A DNA stretch of 64,000 nucleotides from Octopus vulgaris (GCA_951406725.2 OX597814.1:5952001-6016000); one strand, 5' to 3'; shown: positions 40,446 through 53,648, counted from the first letter of the stretch. Numbers and translations are program-made. Notes: generated by a model from the sequence alone, not told the origin.

Positions 40446-40723
40446 AAGACTTGTTGACGTAAATGTGGAAGCAAAGCAGAGCTGCTAATTTTTTTGAATT
40501 CAATCTGGAAATATGAAACAACAATGTTTAAAACTGAAAACGTTGCCGTTTCATTCCCCGATTTCTGTGCCATTATCTTGGTTTGTGTGGGAAGATATGG
40601 CATATCTTAAAGATGACCTCAATCTTCGTTCCCATCTGTCAGTCTCTTTTTCCCCTTCTTTCTGTCTCAGCTCTGAGGTGTGTGCTTGGAACTCCTTCCT
40701 TTTGTTTAGTCATTTTCTGAGGA

Positions 40724-40729
40724 TATAAA
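40724..40729 (+). promoter_or_regulatory. Candidate TATA box of gene B
   Basis: TATAAA starting 47 nt upstream of the ATG at 40771, in non-repetitive sequence. Confidence 0.5.
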
Positions 40730-40770
40730 CAAGCTTTCGTGAATGATTTTACTGTTATTCAAAGATAAAC

Positions 40771-40842
40771 ATGCAAGGAACTATTTTATGGACTGTCTCT
40801 CTCTGGCTGGGTTTGGTTGGTGCCATACCAATCGTATTAAAG
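40771..40842 (+). CDS. Astacin gene B, exon 1 (signal peptide)
   Basis: aaacATG start. Encodes MQGTILWTVSLWLGLVGAIPIVLK, a hydrophobic signal peptide with predicted cleavage near VGA|IP. Strong donor AAG|GTAAGT, phase 0. Confidence 0.85.
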
Positions 40843-41467
40843 GTAAGTCTCTCAGGCCATCTTCAAATATTATGACATGTTTTTAATGTGTGACAGGCAG
40901 AATGGGTGACGACTTTTATGTCTCATTCTCAAAAATATTGAGAAAATGAAAAAAGAAAATTTGCTTTCAAATATTTATTATTATTATAATAATCTCAAAT
41001 TGGTAATTTCTGTGAAAGATTTTTTTTTATTAAATATAGGAATTTTGATTTTTGAATTTTCTGTTAGAAAACTAAGTATTTGTTGTAATTAATTAAATTA
41101 GCTAAATGTATTGTTTAATCGACGTTGTGTAAAGCTGAGGATCTTCAAGATTTTTGGAGAAAATTTAGTTGTTTACCATATAAGGATAATAATCTTAATT
41201 TCCTTAAATATAATATTTTATAAAAAACACTATGATCGGCTGGGTGAAACAGGATCTGCTAGAAATAACAGCCAAATACATCTAAAATCGCTTTCTACTT
41301 TATAAAAAATGGATGGACACATCTGATATTTTAATTCCAAAAACAATATGAGAACAAAAGACAGAAAAGTCACAACTTTGATCATAATTCTGCCACATTT
41401 GGTCTGATTTGGTATTAGATTTACAATAAATATCACTAAACATACCATATATAAGATACATACATAC

Positions 41468-41607
<140 letters not shown>

Positions 41608-41957
41608 GTATATATATATACATACACACATACACACACATGCATGCGCACATACATACATATATACATCCTCCTCCTCCTCCTCATCATCATTTAAATT
41701 CCTTTCTCCCTCTATTATACTAAATGTGTATACACCATTTGAAGGCATAATGCTGTGGAATTGTCTGAGATGAAATCTCTTCGCAGATGTGTTGCTTTCT
41801 CCAAAATAAACTGTGTTTTACCTTCCTACATTTTAGAGATGAGGAATTCTGTACATTATTTACATTATCTACATTGGACGGATAGGTGCCCTCATCTTGT
41901 TTGTTGTTACCACAAAGTTTATTATTATTATTATTATCATTATTATTATTATTATCA

Positions 41958-42049
<92 letters not shown>

Positions 42050-42127
42050 TATTCCTCGAATAAATAATAATAATAATATGCCTCCTCATTGTCCCAATCG
42101 ATATAAACGTATATGTCAAGACCTACC

Positions 42128-42545
42128 AAAAACTGAGCAAATATAAAGATCTTGAAATAGAAATCAGCAAAATGTGGAACCTGAAGACTAAAACAATACC
42201 TGTTGTCATAGGTGCCCTGGGAATGATAACAAAAGGGGCTGATTGCTACCTAACTCAGATACCAGGAAACCCCAAAATGGCAGAAATTCCAAAGATAGTG
42301 CTCATGGGAACTGCTCATATCCTACACAAAATACTTTCTATGTAATCTAAAGTTTTAAAACAAACACAATTTTCTTATGGTTTTTTTAGACATTCACTAG
42401 TACAACACTAAATACAAAACCAAATATATGGCACCCTAGGCATAACACCAACATGAACTTCTAACTTGTTGTCTCTTGAGGTCTCTGGGTGAGACTTGGA
42501 GCCAACTTGTACAAATGCAAAGCAAAAGTCAAACATAAAATAGTA
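42128..42545 (+). mobile_element. 3' fragment of an R4/Dong-related LINE next to (TAA/TTA)n
   Basis: KLSKYKDLEIEISKMWNLKTKTIPVVIGALGMITKG...IVLMGTAHILHKILSM* plus 3' UTR. Confidence 0.8.
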
Positions 42546-42752
42546 ATAATATTATTATTTTAGGTTCAAAATTCTACCAGGACACCTGATGAAGACGTGT
42601 GTAAATAATGTAAACTGTGTTTTAAAACAAATTTAGGAAGAAATTTTCTCTGACAATTAATTCCACAGCATCATACCTTTTAATGGTGTGTATACATTCA
42701 GTATGATACACAGATGTGTATTTTGATTCAATGTTGTTTTGATTGTGTATAC

Positions 42753-42791
<39 letters not shown>

Positions 42792-43874
42792 ACACAAAGT
42801 AAATACATATGCATGTGTTTGTATGTATATAATAAGCATAACATCCAGCTGTAGAGACGATGCCGAAAGAGACACTGGAACCTGGTGCTGCTCCTGGCCT
42901 TGCCAACCTTTGTCAAACCATCCTACTCATACCAGCATGGAAAGGGGACATTAAATGACGATGACGATGATGATGAGGACGACAATGTAGATGATGACAA
43001 CAACGTTGATGATAATGACGACAATGGTGATGACGAAAATGATGACGATGACGATGACGAAAATGATGACGACAATGATGATGACGATTTGATATAGTAA
43101 ACTTTTGGTGTCTTCCACATTGTGCATACGTGTTATACCATTTATTGTATTCTAAATATATGACATACCGTATGCCATACATTATACTGTACCTCATAGA
43201 CACTACGTATGGGATTTGCTGTGTATCAAAGGCTTGTCTTATATACACACAGGTCACACTGCATAGTATATAAGTTATATACCATATTGTATGCACAATT
43301 TATACTGTATATTTTCCATCATCAACAACAACAACAGCAACATTTAATGACCAGTTTCCACACTGGCATGAGATGGAAGGCTTGAGAGGAACAGACAAGA
43401 CCAGGGGCTGCACCAAGTCCCATTGTCTGTTCTGGCCAGGTTTCTATGGCTGGACACCCTTCCTAATACCGACCACTCCACAGAGTGTATCGGGTGCTCT
43501 TTACCTGGCACCAGCACCAGTGTTTTTTTTTTATGAGGCATTGGTGCCATTGCTTTTCACATGGCACCGGCACCAGGCTCTTTTATGTGGCACCGGCACC
43601 AATGCTATTCATGTGACACTAACATTAGGGTTTTTATGTGGCACCAGCACTTACAGGGTCGTGTGTGTGTGCGTGTGTTGAGGTTGTCCCCAGAATTTAG
43701 ATACTTTGAGAATGAGAAACAATTCATTTATGGAACGGTGAACCTTGAAGCATATAAAGCTATAAAGAAATATTGTGAATATTGGGTAAGAAAACTGTTT
43801 GGATTGAAAAAGTCAAAGGCTGCCAGTGAGGTTTGAACCCACAGCTCCTGTAAATATCACACACACACACAACA

Positions 43875-43915
<41 letters not shown>

Positions 43916-44010
43916 ACATACACATACACTTATATAAATGGTTTGCGTATGTATGTGAGTGTATGCAAGTTTATATGAGGGACTTGTGAATGTATTATAT
44001 GTATGTAACC

Positions 44011-44075
<65 letters not shown>

Positions 44076-44085
44076 TGTGTATGTG

Positions 44086-44118
<33 letters not shown>

Positions 44119-44324
44119 ATGTGTGTGTGTTTGTGTATGTGTGTTTGTGTGTGTGTGTGTGTGTGTTTGTGTATGTCTGTGTTTGTGTATGTGTGTGTGT
44201 GTGTGTGTGTGCGTTTGTGTATGTCTGTGTTTGTGTATGTGTGTTTGTGTATGTGTGTGTATGTATGTAACCTTGTGTGTGTGTCTGTGTGTGTGTGTGT
44301 GTTTGTGTGTATTTCCTCAAACAG

Positions 44325-44339
44325 GTTTATTGGGATCAG
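44325..44339 (+). CDS. Possible 15-nt frame-preserving microexon of gene B (VYWDQ)
   Basis: ttcctcaaacAG|GTTTATTGGGATCAG|GTCTGA. Phase 0 to 0, so it fits between exon 1 and the 16-nt exon. The donor is weak. Confidence 0.35.
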
Positions 44340-44862
44340 GTCTGAGCTAAAATAAACAGAGAAATTGGGAGAAATTTTTGACTGGAATTGAATTCATGTT
44401 GTTTGGTGACAGAGTTCCAATCTCACCGGTTCTTTGCCGTCATTGTTGCTGTCATCACCACAACCCCATCCACTCCAACCACTGCTTCCACAAACCATCA
44501 TCATCATCATCATCATCACTACCTCCTCCTCCTCCTCCCATTACTGCTGATGCTGCAACCACCATGACCACCAGCGCCAACGACACTTTATAAGTATAAA
44601 TTAATAATTTAAAATTTTAAAAAAAATTTTTACTTTAAATTTAAATAATTTAAATTTTGAATTTTATATTTTATATATTTTGTATATTATATTAATTAAT
44701 TTTATTTCTATGTTTTGGTTTATGTTTTTCACTGTTTGATTTGCCTAATAGTGGTTTTATCTCTAATTTAATATATATATTTATACTGTAAAATTGGATT
44801 TAATCCTAAATCTAATTTTTCCCTGTAAGTTTGGATTTACTCCCTGATATTATTATTATTGT

Positions 44863-44917
<55 letters not shown>

Positions 44918-45145
44918 AATTTAAAATTAAGGATAAAATCTTTATATAGTTAGCGTGAAAAACCTTGTAAGAGAAAAAATCTGGAAATTTTTCCACTTTG
45001 AAAATATTTATTTATTTTATATAGAGGGTACTATTATTCATAGGTACCGCACGCTAGGAGGGACCTTTGCAGTCAAAACTACTAAAATAAACAAATTTTA
45101 CCGAATGCAAAACTTCAAAGCAAGTCATTTAAAAACAGAATTTAG

Positions 45146-45207
45146 TTACATATCACCTGTGATTTCGCAATCAATGCAGAATATGCATTCTATGCTCTTC
45201 AGTGCAA
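45146..45207 (-). ncRNA. Type I hammerhead ribozyme, intact core
   Basis: TTGCA-CTGAAGA-GCA(tagaATGCatattctGCATtgat)TGC-GAAA-TCAC(ag)GTGA-TA-TGTAA. Confidence 0.8.
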
Positions 45208-45629
45208 TGAACTGAAGACATGTAAGAAAAAACACAAGATGGCATACCCAGCATGGAACAGGGACGTTGAATGATTATGATGATGGTGGTAGTGATGATA
45301 AGGCAGAACCATTAGTATGCCGGTCGAAATGCGAAGCCGTATTTCGGCTGCCCTTACGTTCTGAGTTCAAATTCCACCGAGGTCGACTTTGCCTTTCATC
45401 CTTCCGGGGTCGATAAATTAAGTGCCAGTTACGCACTGGGGTCGATATAATCGACTTAATCTGTTTGTCTGTCCTTGTTTTTCTTCTCTGTGTTTAGCCC
45501 CTTGTGGGCAATAAAGAAATAGGTAGTGATGATGGTGGTGGTGGTGTTGGTGGTGATGATGATGACGATGTTGAATTAATATTTAAAATATATTCTAACA
45601 TTCTCTTTTGCTTTTTTTGTCTTTTTCAG

Positions 45630-45645
45630 TTGAAATCGGTTCACG
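45630..45645 (+). CDS. Astacin gene B, 16-nt prodomain microexon (LKSVH)
   Basis: Long polypyrimidine tract plus cAG, donor g|GTGAGT. Its phase 0 to 1 change is needed to join exon 1 to the 48997 exon. Confidence 0.7.
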
Positions 45646-46562
45646 GTGAGTTGGCTTTGTTTTCTCTTCTCTGTAGACTAAAAGATTTTTTTTTTTGCTT
45701 TGTCGACAATGGACCAATTTCTGACAACAATGAATATAATCAATCCAATTTATTGGTTTCATTGAATTACTGGTTTTATTGATTGGCCGAATAAGGAATG
45801 GTGTTGGAACTGAAAGCATCAAAGAGGAAAATGTTTGTTTTGTTCTTTGTTTTTGTTTGGACTTGGTGCAAGGTGAGGAGTGGTGGTCACACCTTCCAAG
45901 ACTAGAGACACTGATGCTGACAAGGTACACCTTACCAGTTGATGGTGGCAGGAGAAACTATACTGGTAGGAAGAGAATTCCAGGGGGATAATGGTTTTGG
46001 GAGGAAGGACTTGTTACAGGGATTAGTGCAGGAAATCAGGAGTGATGGGCATCCTAATACAGAGGATGAAGCAAGGAGAAAGGAGAAAATCTGGAGTGGC
46101 TTTTCGGGGGTGGGTAGAGAAATGAAATAGATGTGAGGTGCAGAGACCACGATCATGTTAGGAGGGAGTGGCCTGGATGGGTCTTTGGATTTTAAACTGT
46201 GTTAATGGAAATTGTAGTTGTGATACCAGTGCCGGTGGCATGTAAAAGAACAATCCAAACACACGGCCGTTGCCAGCTCCGCCTCAACTGGCCTCTGTGC
46301 CGGTGGCACGTAAAAAGCACCAACCGATCATGGCCATTGCCAGCCATTCCTGGTACCTGTGCCGGTGGCACGTAAAAAGCACACACTAACCTCATGGAGT
46401 GGTTGGCATTAGAAACACTGCTAGATCAGACTGGAGCCTGGTGCAGCCTCCTGGCTTCCTGACCCCGGTCGAACCATCCAGCCCATGCTAGCATGAAAGC
46501 GGACATTAAATGATGATGATGATGTTAAGTCATTTCAAATGTTCTTTATTTTGAAGTTCATG

Positions 46563-46651
46563 AATTCATCTGATGAAAACGGGTTCTTTACATTGATGTA
46601 ATGTTTTCATTAATCAATTAAAGGAGTCGTTAGAAACGGTCGTAATGGATT
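46563..46651 (+). ncRNA. Type I hammerhead ribozyme with long helix II
   Basis: AATTCAT-CTGATGA-a-AACGGGTTCTTTA..ATTGAT...ATCAAT-TAAAGGAGTCGTT-a-GAAA-CGGTCG-TA-ATGGATT; A/A mismatch at the base of helix II. Confidence 0.75.
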
Positions 46652-47099
46652 GACACCTGAACCTCTACTGTTACTCATTTATATTTTACTCACCTGTCTC
46701 GGAATCTGCCCATCCAAAACCTGCCACTCTATATTTAATATAAAGTCTGAATAACTCAAGAGCAGATTTCTTTACTCAGCTGGGTCTAGTGATCAACATA
46801 CACAGCATTAAAAGGATTCCGCCGATACTTAAGTACCAAGTTACATAATATTATTGTGTGTATATTATTCCAACCTAACAAGGTACCTCAATTTAAGTAC
46901 TTAATTTAACTGAATCTTATTTTGCATCTTTTGTAAACAAACATAAGTTTGTTTTTGAAGCATTGAAATGTATTTTAGAACAAATTGAAAGATGTTAGTT
47001 GGCACCAAATTTTTCTGCTCTTAAAAGGATTTTATCCCATTTAGGTCTGCTGTTCAGTATTTATGCATTGGAAACATATCTTTCTACGTGTTCTTATAT

Positions 47100-47478
47100 G
47101 GAAGCACTCCGTCGGTTACGACGACGAGGGTTCCGGTTGATCCGATCAACGGAACAGCCTGCTCGTGAAATTAACGTGTAAGTGGCTGAGCACTCCACAG
47201 ACACGTGTACCCTTAACGTAGTTCTCAGGGAGATTCAGCGTGACACAGAGACTGACAAGGCCGGCCCCTTGAAATACAGGTACAACAGAAACAGGAAGTA
47301 AGAGTGAGAGTAAGTTGTGGTGAAAGAGTACAGCAGGGATCACAACCCCCCCCCCCCCCGCCGGAGCCTCGTGGAGCTTAGGTGTTTTCGCTCAATAAAC
47401 ACTCACAACGCCCGGTCTGGGAATCGAAACCGCGATCCTACGACCGCGAGTCCGCTGCCCTAACCACTGGGCCATTGT
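47100..47478 (-). mobile_element. tRNA-derived SINE family C
   Basis: Minus-strand head caatggcccagtggttagggcagcggactcgcggtcg...ggtttcgattccc. Near-identical copy at 61238-61627 (-); related copies at 56027-56400 (+) and 17890-18195 (-). Confidence 0.8.
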
Positions 47479-47481
47479 TCT

Positions 47482-47604
<123 letters not shown>

Positions 47605-47929
47605 ATTGATATAAGAGATAATGGTGTCATTGAAACCCAAAGGTGTCAGGTAAGGCTGAATAAATGCTATAGACAGACCATAGTTAAGTTCCAGATTCGG
47701 TAATATTGTGAATAAGTGGTTCAACATTGGTTCTATGTCAGCGTGTGTGTATATAAGAAATTTTTGCGTAATAAGATAAAAAACCAAGGCTGTGTAGATA
47801 TTAGAGCATTTATAGATAGAAGGTCTTACAGCTTATATCTATAAATGCTCTAATTTCTAAACAGCCTTGGTTTTTTTTTATCTCATTATGCAAAAAATTC
47901 ATATATATATATAGAATTGGTAGAATTGG

Positions 47930-48364
47930 TTCAAAGCCACAGTCGAACCAATCCTACTATATGGCTCAGAAACCTGGACGTTATCAAAGAAGCTTGAGAG
48001 GCGGTTGGATGGAACCTGCACTCGCCTCCTTATGAGAGCTCAAAATCTCTCGTGGAAGCGCCATCCAACCAAAATGCAAATATATGGGAAACTACCACCT
48101 GTGTCATCTCTTGTGAAAGGTAAGAGAGTCCAGTTTGCTGGACATTGTTGTAGAGCTGAAAAAGAGGTAATTTCTACTTTTCTCCTTTGGAAGCCATCTG
48201 CTCGCGATACCAGAGGGCGCACACTCTCCTACCCTGATGTAATCTCCAGGGATACAGGCATCCAGCAACAGGACCTCTGTAATGCCATGATGGACCGTGA
48301 AGTCTGGTGTAGCATGGTAAATTCCATTGTCTCGACCACGGTCGAACAATGATGATGATGACGA

Positions 48365-48365
<1 letters not shown>
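47930..48365 (+). mobile_element. 3' end of an RTE-group LINE with (GAT)n tail
   Basis: KATVEPILLYGSETWTLSKKLERRLDG...VQFAGHC...AMMDREVW, then (GAT)n. Confidence 0.85.
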
Positions 48366-48407
<42 letters not shown>

Positions 48408-48996
48408 TGATAGGCTTTTCTCGGTTCTCATCTATCACATCCACTCAGCTAACTTTGGTTGGCCTCAGGCTATAGTAGAAGACATTTGCCCAAGGTGCCA
48501 CGCAGTGAGACTGAACATAGAACCAAACCATGTGTTTGTGAATTAAACTTCTTACCACCCAGCCACCTCTGTGCCTGTGTAAATGTTTCGTGAATGGCTA
48601 AACAGGAGATGAAGTAAGCACATGACACAATCCTTCCAAACTCAAATGGAAATTTGGAATTTCCTCCACATGCCTCAGCTAACCCACAGGCGTTGCTCAA
48701 ACGAAATCTCCTCATAAATACGAGGGGTGGGGAACCTGCAAACATCATGGGCATTGCCCTTTCTTTTCTAATTATTTAAGAAGAAACACTTTGGTAAATA
48801 ACAAAATTTGTTCACTCATCAAACCCACTTATATCTATCCATAAAAATATGAATTTAATAATAGAAAATAAAATTCTATTTAATTTTAATTCCAATTTAC
48901 AAATGAAATATAATTAAAATGAAGTTTTTAAAAAAAAATACTCTAATTTTTAATAGAATGTTGTTGAAATGAGATTGAAATATTTTTAATTTCCAG

Positions 48997-49029
48997 ATTT
49001 CGACCCAAGATATCCTGAAGAAGTTCCTG
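48997..49029 (+). CDS. Astacin gene B, 33-nt prodomain exon (DFDPRYPEEVP)
   Basis: Acceptor tttccAG, donor g|GTGAGT, phase 1 to 1. PEE lies just upstream of the FxGDI motif, as is common in astacin prodomains. Confidence 0.8.
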
Positions 49030-49072
49030 GTGAGTAGCATATTATTATCATTATTATCCTTATTATTATTAT

Positions 49073-49102
<30 letters not shown>

Positions 49103-49103
<1 letters not shown>

Positions 49104-49556
49104 TTTTTTTTTCTTCTTTCAAATTTGCTTCCATTTCTTGCCGAGTGTCTTCCCGACTCCTAGGGCAAAGAAACTCATAGTATACATTGGTCGGCCATTA
49201 AACCAAACTCAGTAGTTCGTTCATTTTTTTTTTTTTTTTTTTCAAGTTAAATTAAAATACATGAGCAGCAACAGTTCTCACATCGACAATGCTCTTCTCA
49301 ATACGTGTGATGTACCAGTTAAGACAATCTTTTGCACTTCTTGCAGGGATGGTAAGCCAGGGATCATTCTCATATAATTTTCGGTTCCCTTCTTGATCAT
49401 TCCTAGTGCTCCTACAATCACTGGTATTGTAACCACCTTGAGATGCCACATTTTCTCAATTTCAATGAGTAGGTCTTTATATTTTCTGAGCTTGTCAAAC
49501 TCTTTCCCTGAGATATTATGATCACAGGGGATGCTCATGTCGATCAATAAGCAAAC

Positions 49557-49557
<1 letters not shown>
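49103..49557 (-). mobile_element. 3' fragment of the same R4/Dong element as 8139-9824, inserted in (TAA)n 70 nt after a gene B exon
   Basis: IDMSIPCDHNISGKEFDKLRKYKDL...VLRRALSM* plus a 3' UTR near-identical to 9875-10114. (TTA)n on both sides. Confidence 0.92.
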
Positions 49558-49636
<79 letters not shown>

Positions 49637-49642
<6 letters not shown>

Positions 49643-49969
49643 TCACTGCCTGGAATCGAACTCAGAATCTTGGAGTTAGTAGCCTGCGCTCTTAACCACT
49701 TTGCCATATGCCTGTGCATATAGGGCATATGGCATAGTGGTAAAGAGCACAGGCTATTAACCCCAAGATTCCGAGTTCGATTCCAGGCAGTGACCTGAAT
49801 AATAATAATAATAATAATAACATCGAAAAATACCTTAGGAATGAGAACCCACATTTGAAATTCCCCCAAGACACCTGATGAAGGATGGAGGGTATATCAG
49901 CCGAAATGTTGTGTTAACAACAAACAAGATGAGAACAAATATCCATCAAATGTAAATAATGTAAATAAT
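49637..49969 (+). mobile_element. tRNA-headed element with inverted duplication of its head and an internal hammerhead-like motif
   Basis: Head gggcatatggcatagtggtaaagagc...gagttcgattcc (49723-49799) has an inverted copy at 49637-49712. The body carries GACAC-CTGATGA..GAAA..GTGTT and ends in (gtaaataat)2. Other body fragments near 41830-41920 (-) and 42560-42612. Confidence 0.7.
49870..49915 (+). ncRNA. Minimal hammerhead-like motif inside the tRNA-headed element
   Basis: GACAC-CTGATGA-a-GGATG(gagggtatat)CAGCC-GAAA-TG-TT-GTGTT; one helix II mismatch. Helix III ATGT may be a CpG-decayed ACGT (inference). Confidence 0.55.
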
Positions 49970-50570
49970 TTTAGGCCATGTTATTCCTTTATTCTCTCAC
50001 GTTCTTTGTCTACCATTCCTGTTCCAAACAGTCAAGCATCATCAATTAAGCAACACACTTGTTCCTCCTTATTGAGTGCAACAATACCTGGGGGTTTCCA
50101 TAGTGTTTCATATCTAACAGTACCTTCAGATGGCCATCTCCAAGGATGTGTTCCATTTTATGGCCATACTATTTTCCCACATGTTGTTCAAATTCATAAT
50201 TCTTTTACAGATCTTCATGCTTCCAGTTCTTAGAAACCATTTTCAGTGCCTGACCACACAACTGTCCTTTTTCCCTTTCACCACGAATTCAGTTTCCAAC
50301 CAGGATGTCTACTTTATCTCTATTCTTCCTCGTAGATTATGTTCCCATTGTTTAATCCTGTGCAACTGAAATCAAATTCCAGAGTTTCATTCTTGGAATC
50401 TCCTGTCTTCAGTTATTTTATTAATCCTCTGTGTTGAACTATTTCCTTCTTCCAAGTTAATGTAGTTCTCTCAGACTATAGACGTCCCACACCAATCTGG
50501 ACATCTTCAACCTTTAACCGCTGACCCACAGATATCCTCATCTTTCATTTCACCAACTTAATTTTCACGA
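49970..50570 (-). mobile_element. Highly degenerate RLE-type LINE fragment
   Basis: Minus-strand PGIVALNKEEQVCCLIDDA*LFGTGMVDKERERI resembles the PDIV...cliIDva.PfD....kE.EKi motif. Confidence 0.5.
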
Positions 50571-52024
50571 TTCGTTTATTTCAGTCATTAATTAAAGTAA
50601 ATTTACAGTAAATTGCATGAAATAGAAATAAATGTGTAAACAGTTAAAGTAGAAAATGAAATATTTATAGTTGAGGGTCTGTGGTAAGGGTCAGGCATGG
50701 TGGCAGGGTATAAAGGAGCCCTTGTGGTTGATATGGCAGACACGAAAAGGTGTTGAGCTGGCAGAACCATTAGCACACCGAGCAGAATGGTTAGCATTAA
50801 CTTCCTGGACTATCTAATTAATTAAATGGATTGGCCGTTGCCAGCGCCGCCTTGGCTGGCTTCCATGCCGGTGGCACGTGGTGGCACGTTAAAAGCTCCA
50901 ACCGATCATGGCCAATGCTGGACCCCCCTGGCACCTGTGCAGGTGGCACGTAAAAAGCACCCACTATACTCGCGGAGTGGTTGGCGTTAGGAAGGGCATC
51001 CAGCCGTAGAAACACTGCCAGATCAGACTAGAGCCTGGTGCAGCCCATGGCTTCCCAGACCCCGGTCGAACCGTCCAACCCGTGCTAGCGCGGAAAACGG
51101 ACGTTAAACGATGATGATGATGATGATGAAGATGACGAGGTTGTATCTCACTTTGCCAGATATTCTAAGCATCTCAGTGATAATTCCTGACGGATCAGGT
51201 TCTTTCTATGTCTTCATATCCTGTAATATTTTTGAAGTTACTTATTATAAATATATTTAATTTAAGGGATGCCTCTTCATAATTACAATGTCCAACATCA
51301 AACATAAACAATTGCAATAAGGTAGGAAAGTGGCTGGGGAGAAAAATGGAAGCTTTTCTATGTTCTCATGAGGTCTCTTTCATAACTTCTCTAAATCTTT
51401 ATTAGATATTCAGTTTTTAAAATATCCTGATGGTTTTGGGGCATTTTCTAGTTGCATTCTTTTTGACTTTAACCTCAAGTTGTAGACGTTTTACCTTATA
51501 ACATATTATGTCAATAAAATTAGATACATACGTATATATATATATATATATATATAGGTATAGGGGTACGTTACGCCGCAATAATATATGTATAGAAATT
51601 AAATATAAATTATAAATTACAGAGTGGGACAAGAACGCAAAAACACACAAAGAGACGACACAAAAAAAAAAGACGGGTCAATCGAAGCCTCTAATCTTCA
51701 GTCGGGAACCCGATCATCGAGATTAAACAGCCGAAATTGCTAAGATGATCCAGTTCCCGACTGAAGATTAGAGGTTTCGAGTGACCCGTCTGTTTTCTTT
51801 GTGTCGTCTCTTTGTGTGTTTTTGTGTTCTTGTCCCACTTTGTAATTTATAATTTATATTTAATTTCTATACATATATATATATATTGATAATACCCAGC
51901 AGTAGCACGCACACACACATGCACACACACACACACGCACACACACATGCACACACACACACACATGCACACATACACACACGCACACACACACACGCAC
52001 ACACACATGCACACACACACACAT

Positions 52025-52061
<37 letters not shown>

Positions 52062-52463
52062 CACACACACACATGCACACACACACACGCACACACACAC
52101 ACACGCACACACACACACGCACACACACATGCACACATACACACACGCACACACACACACACACGCACATACACACACACGCACACACACACGCACACAC
52201 GCACACACGCACACACATGCAGACACAGCGCACACACACACACACACACATATCCTCACTTTATTGTAAAGTATATTCTTATTGTTGCTGTTATGCTTTT
52301 CCTCATAAACTTTCATTTCTCTCTCATTTGTCTGTCACACTCACACACATGTAATACTCTACAAGTAATTAGCTAATTAATTACTTAACTAATTATTACC
52401 CAGTTTCATTTAACTGAATGACTTCTTCAACTTAGTTCAATGCAATTACTCTTTGTTATCCAG

Positions 52464-52507
52464 GAATGTTCCAAGGTGACATTGATCTTGAAGGCCGCAA
52501 CATTTTC
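52464..52507 (+). CDS. Astacin gene B, 44-nt prodomain exon with aspartate-switch motif (GMFQGDIDLEGRNIF)
   Basis: Acceptor atccAG, donor c|GTGAGT. FQGDI is the conserved astacin FxGDI latency motif. Phase 1 to 0. Confidence 0.9.
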
Positions 52508-52567
52508 GTGAGTATTCTGTATTATTCTAACAATTGCAGCATGGAAGATGTTTATGAACCATTTAAG

Positions 52568-52624
<57 letters not shown>

Positions 52625-52962
52625 CGTTGGATTCACACAATCTCAGATCAAGTCGCTTGCTATGCAAGTACATCTCTAATTGCTTTTCTCTACTTGTACA
52701 TCTATTCATGTATATCAATTTGAAGATATGTAAACATGCGTAAATATGTGTGTATTATGAGTGAGGTCTAATAACCAATTGATCTAGCAAGTGAAACCTC
52801 AGCCCAGTGGGGATGGGGAGGGGGTGCGCAATAATCGTGTTGAGAGCAAGGCTCCAAGGCAGTGTGCATTCTCTCTTGATGACCCCATAAGCCTGCTCGT
52901 GCCCAGTAAGGGCAGCTTTCGACTGGCAACACTTGCGTCTGTAAGTTGTTCGCAAATAATAT

Positions 52963-53007
<45 letters not shown>

Positions 53008-53126
53008 ACTATATATCATATATATATATATATGAATATATATATATATATATACATATATATATACATATATATATACACACACACACATATATATATA
53101 TATAATATATATATACTATATATATA

Positions 53127-53220
<94 letters not shown>

Positions 53221-53225
53221 TCATC

Positions 53226-53348
<123 letters not shown>

Positions 53349-53550
53349 TAGGTGAATGAATTATCCTGTGTTTATCGTCAGCATGGAAAATTCGTTTAAC
53401 CGAAACCTGGGTAGCAAATTCACGTCAGAAAACACGGTTGAAGCGACCTGTCAAGGGTAGAAACTCCGGGTTCATGTGTAGAAATTTGTGTGTTGTATAT
53501 GAATAAATGAAAGAACGGAGTCGAACGAAGATGTTAACAAAATTTCTTTA

Positions 53551-53648
53551 CTCTTGACACATGTTTCGAAGACAGCATGTTTCGAAGACAGCATGTTTTC
53601 ATTCCAAAGGAATAAAGGGTGCATTATGCAATCTTCTCATCAGGAAAG
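53551..53648 (-). ncRNA. Type I hammerhead motif, intact core, with a 16-nt internal tandem duplication
   Basis: CTTTC-CTGATGA-GAAGA...TCTTC-GAAA-catgctg-TCTTC-GAAA-CATGTG-TC-AAGAG. Confidence 0.65.

Noticed and set aside
49723-49799. Possible tRNA gene
   Set aside because: A/B-box-like motifs are present, but there is no proper acceptor stem; treated as a SINE-type head.
53350-53480. Two GAAAC motifs followed by near-palindromes
   Set aside because: No convincing CUGAnGA-equivalent in register.
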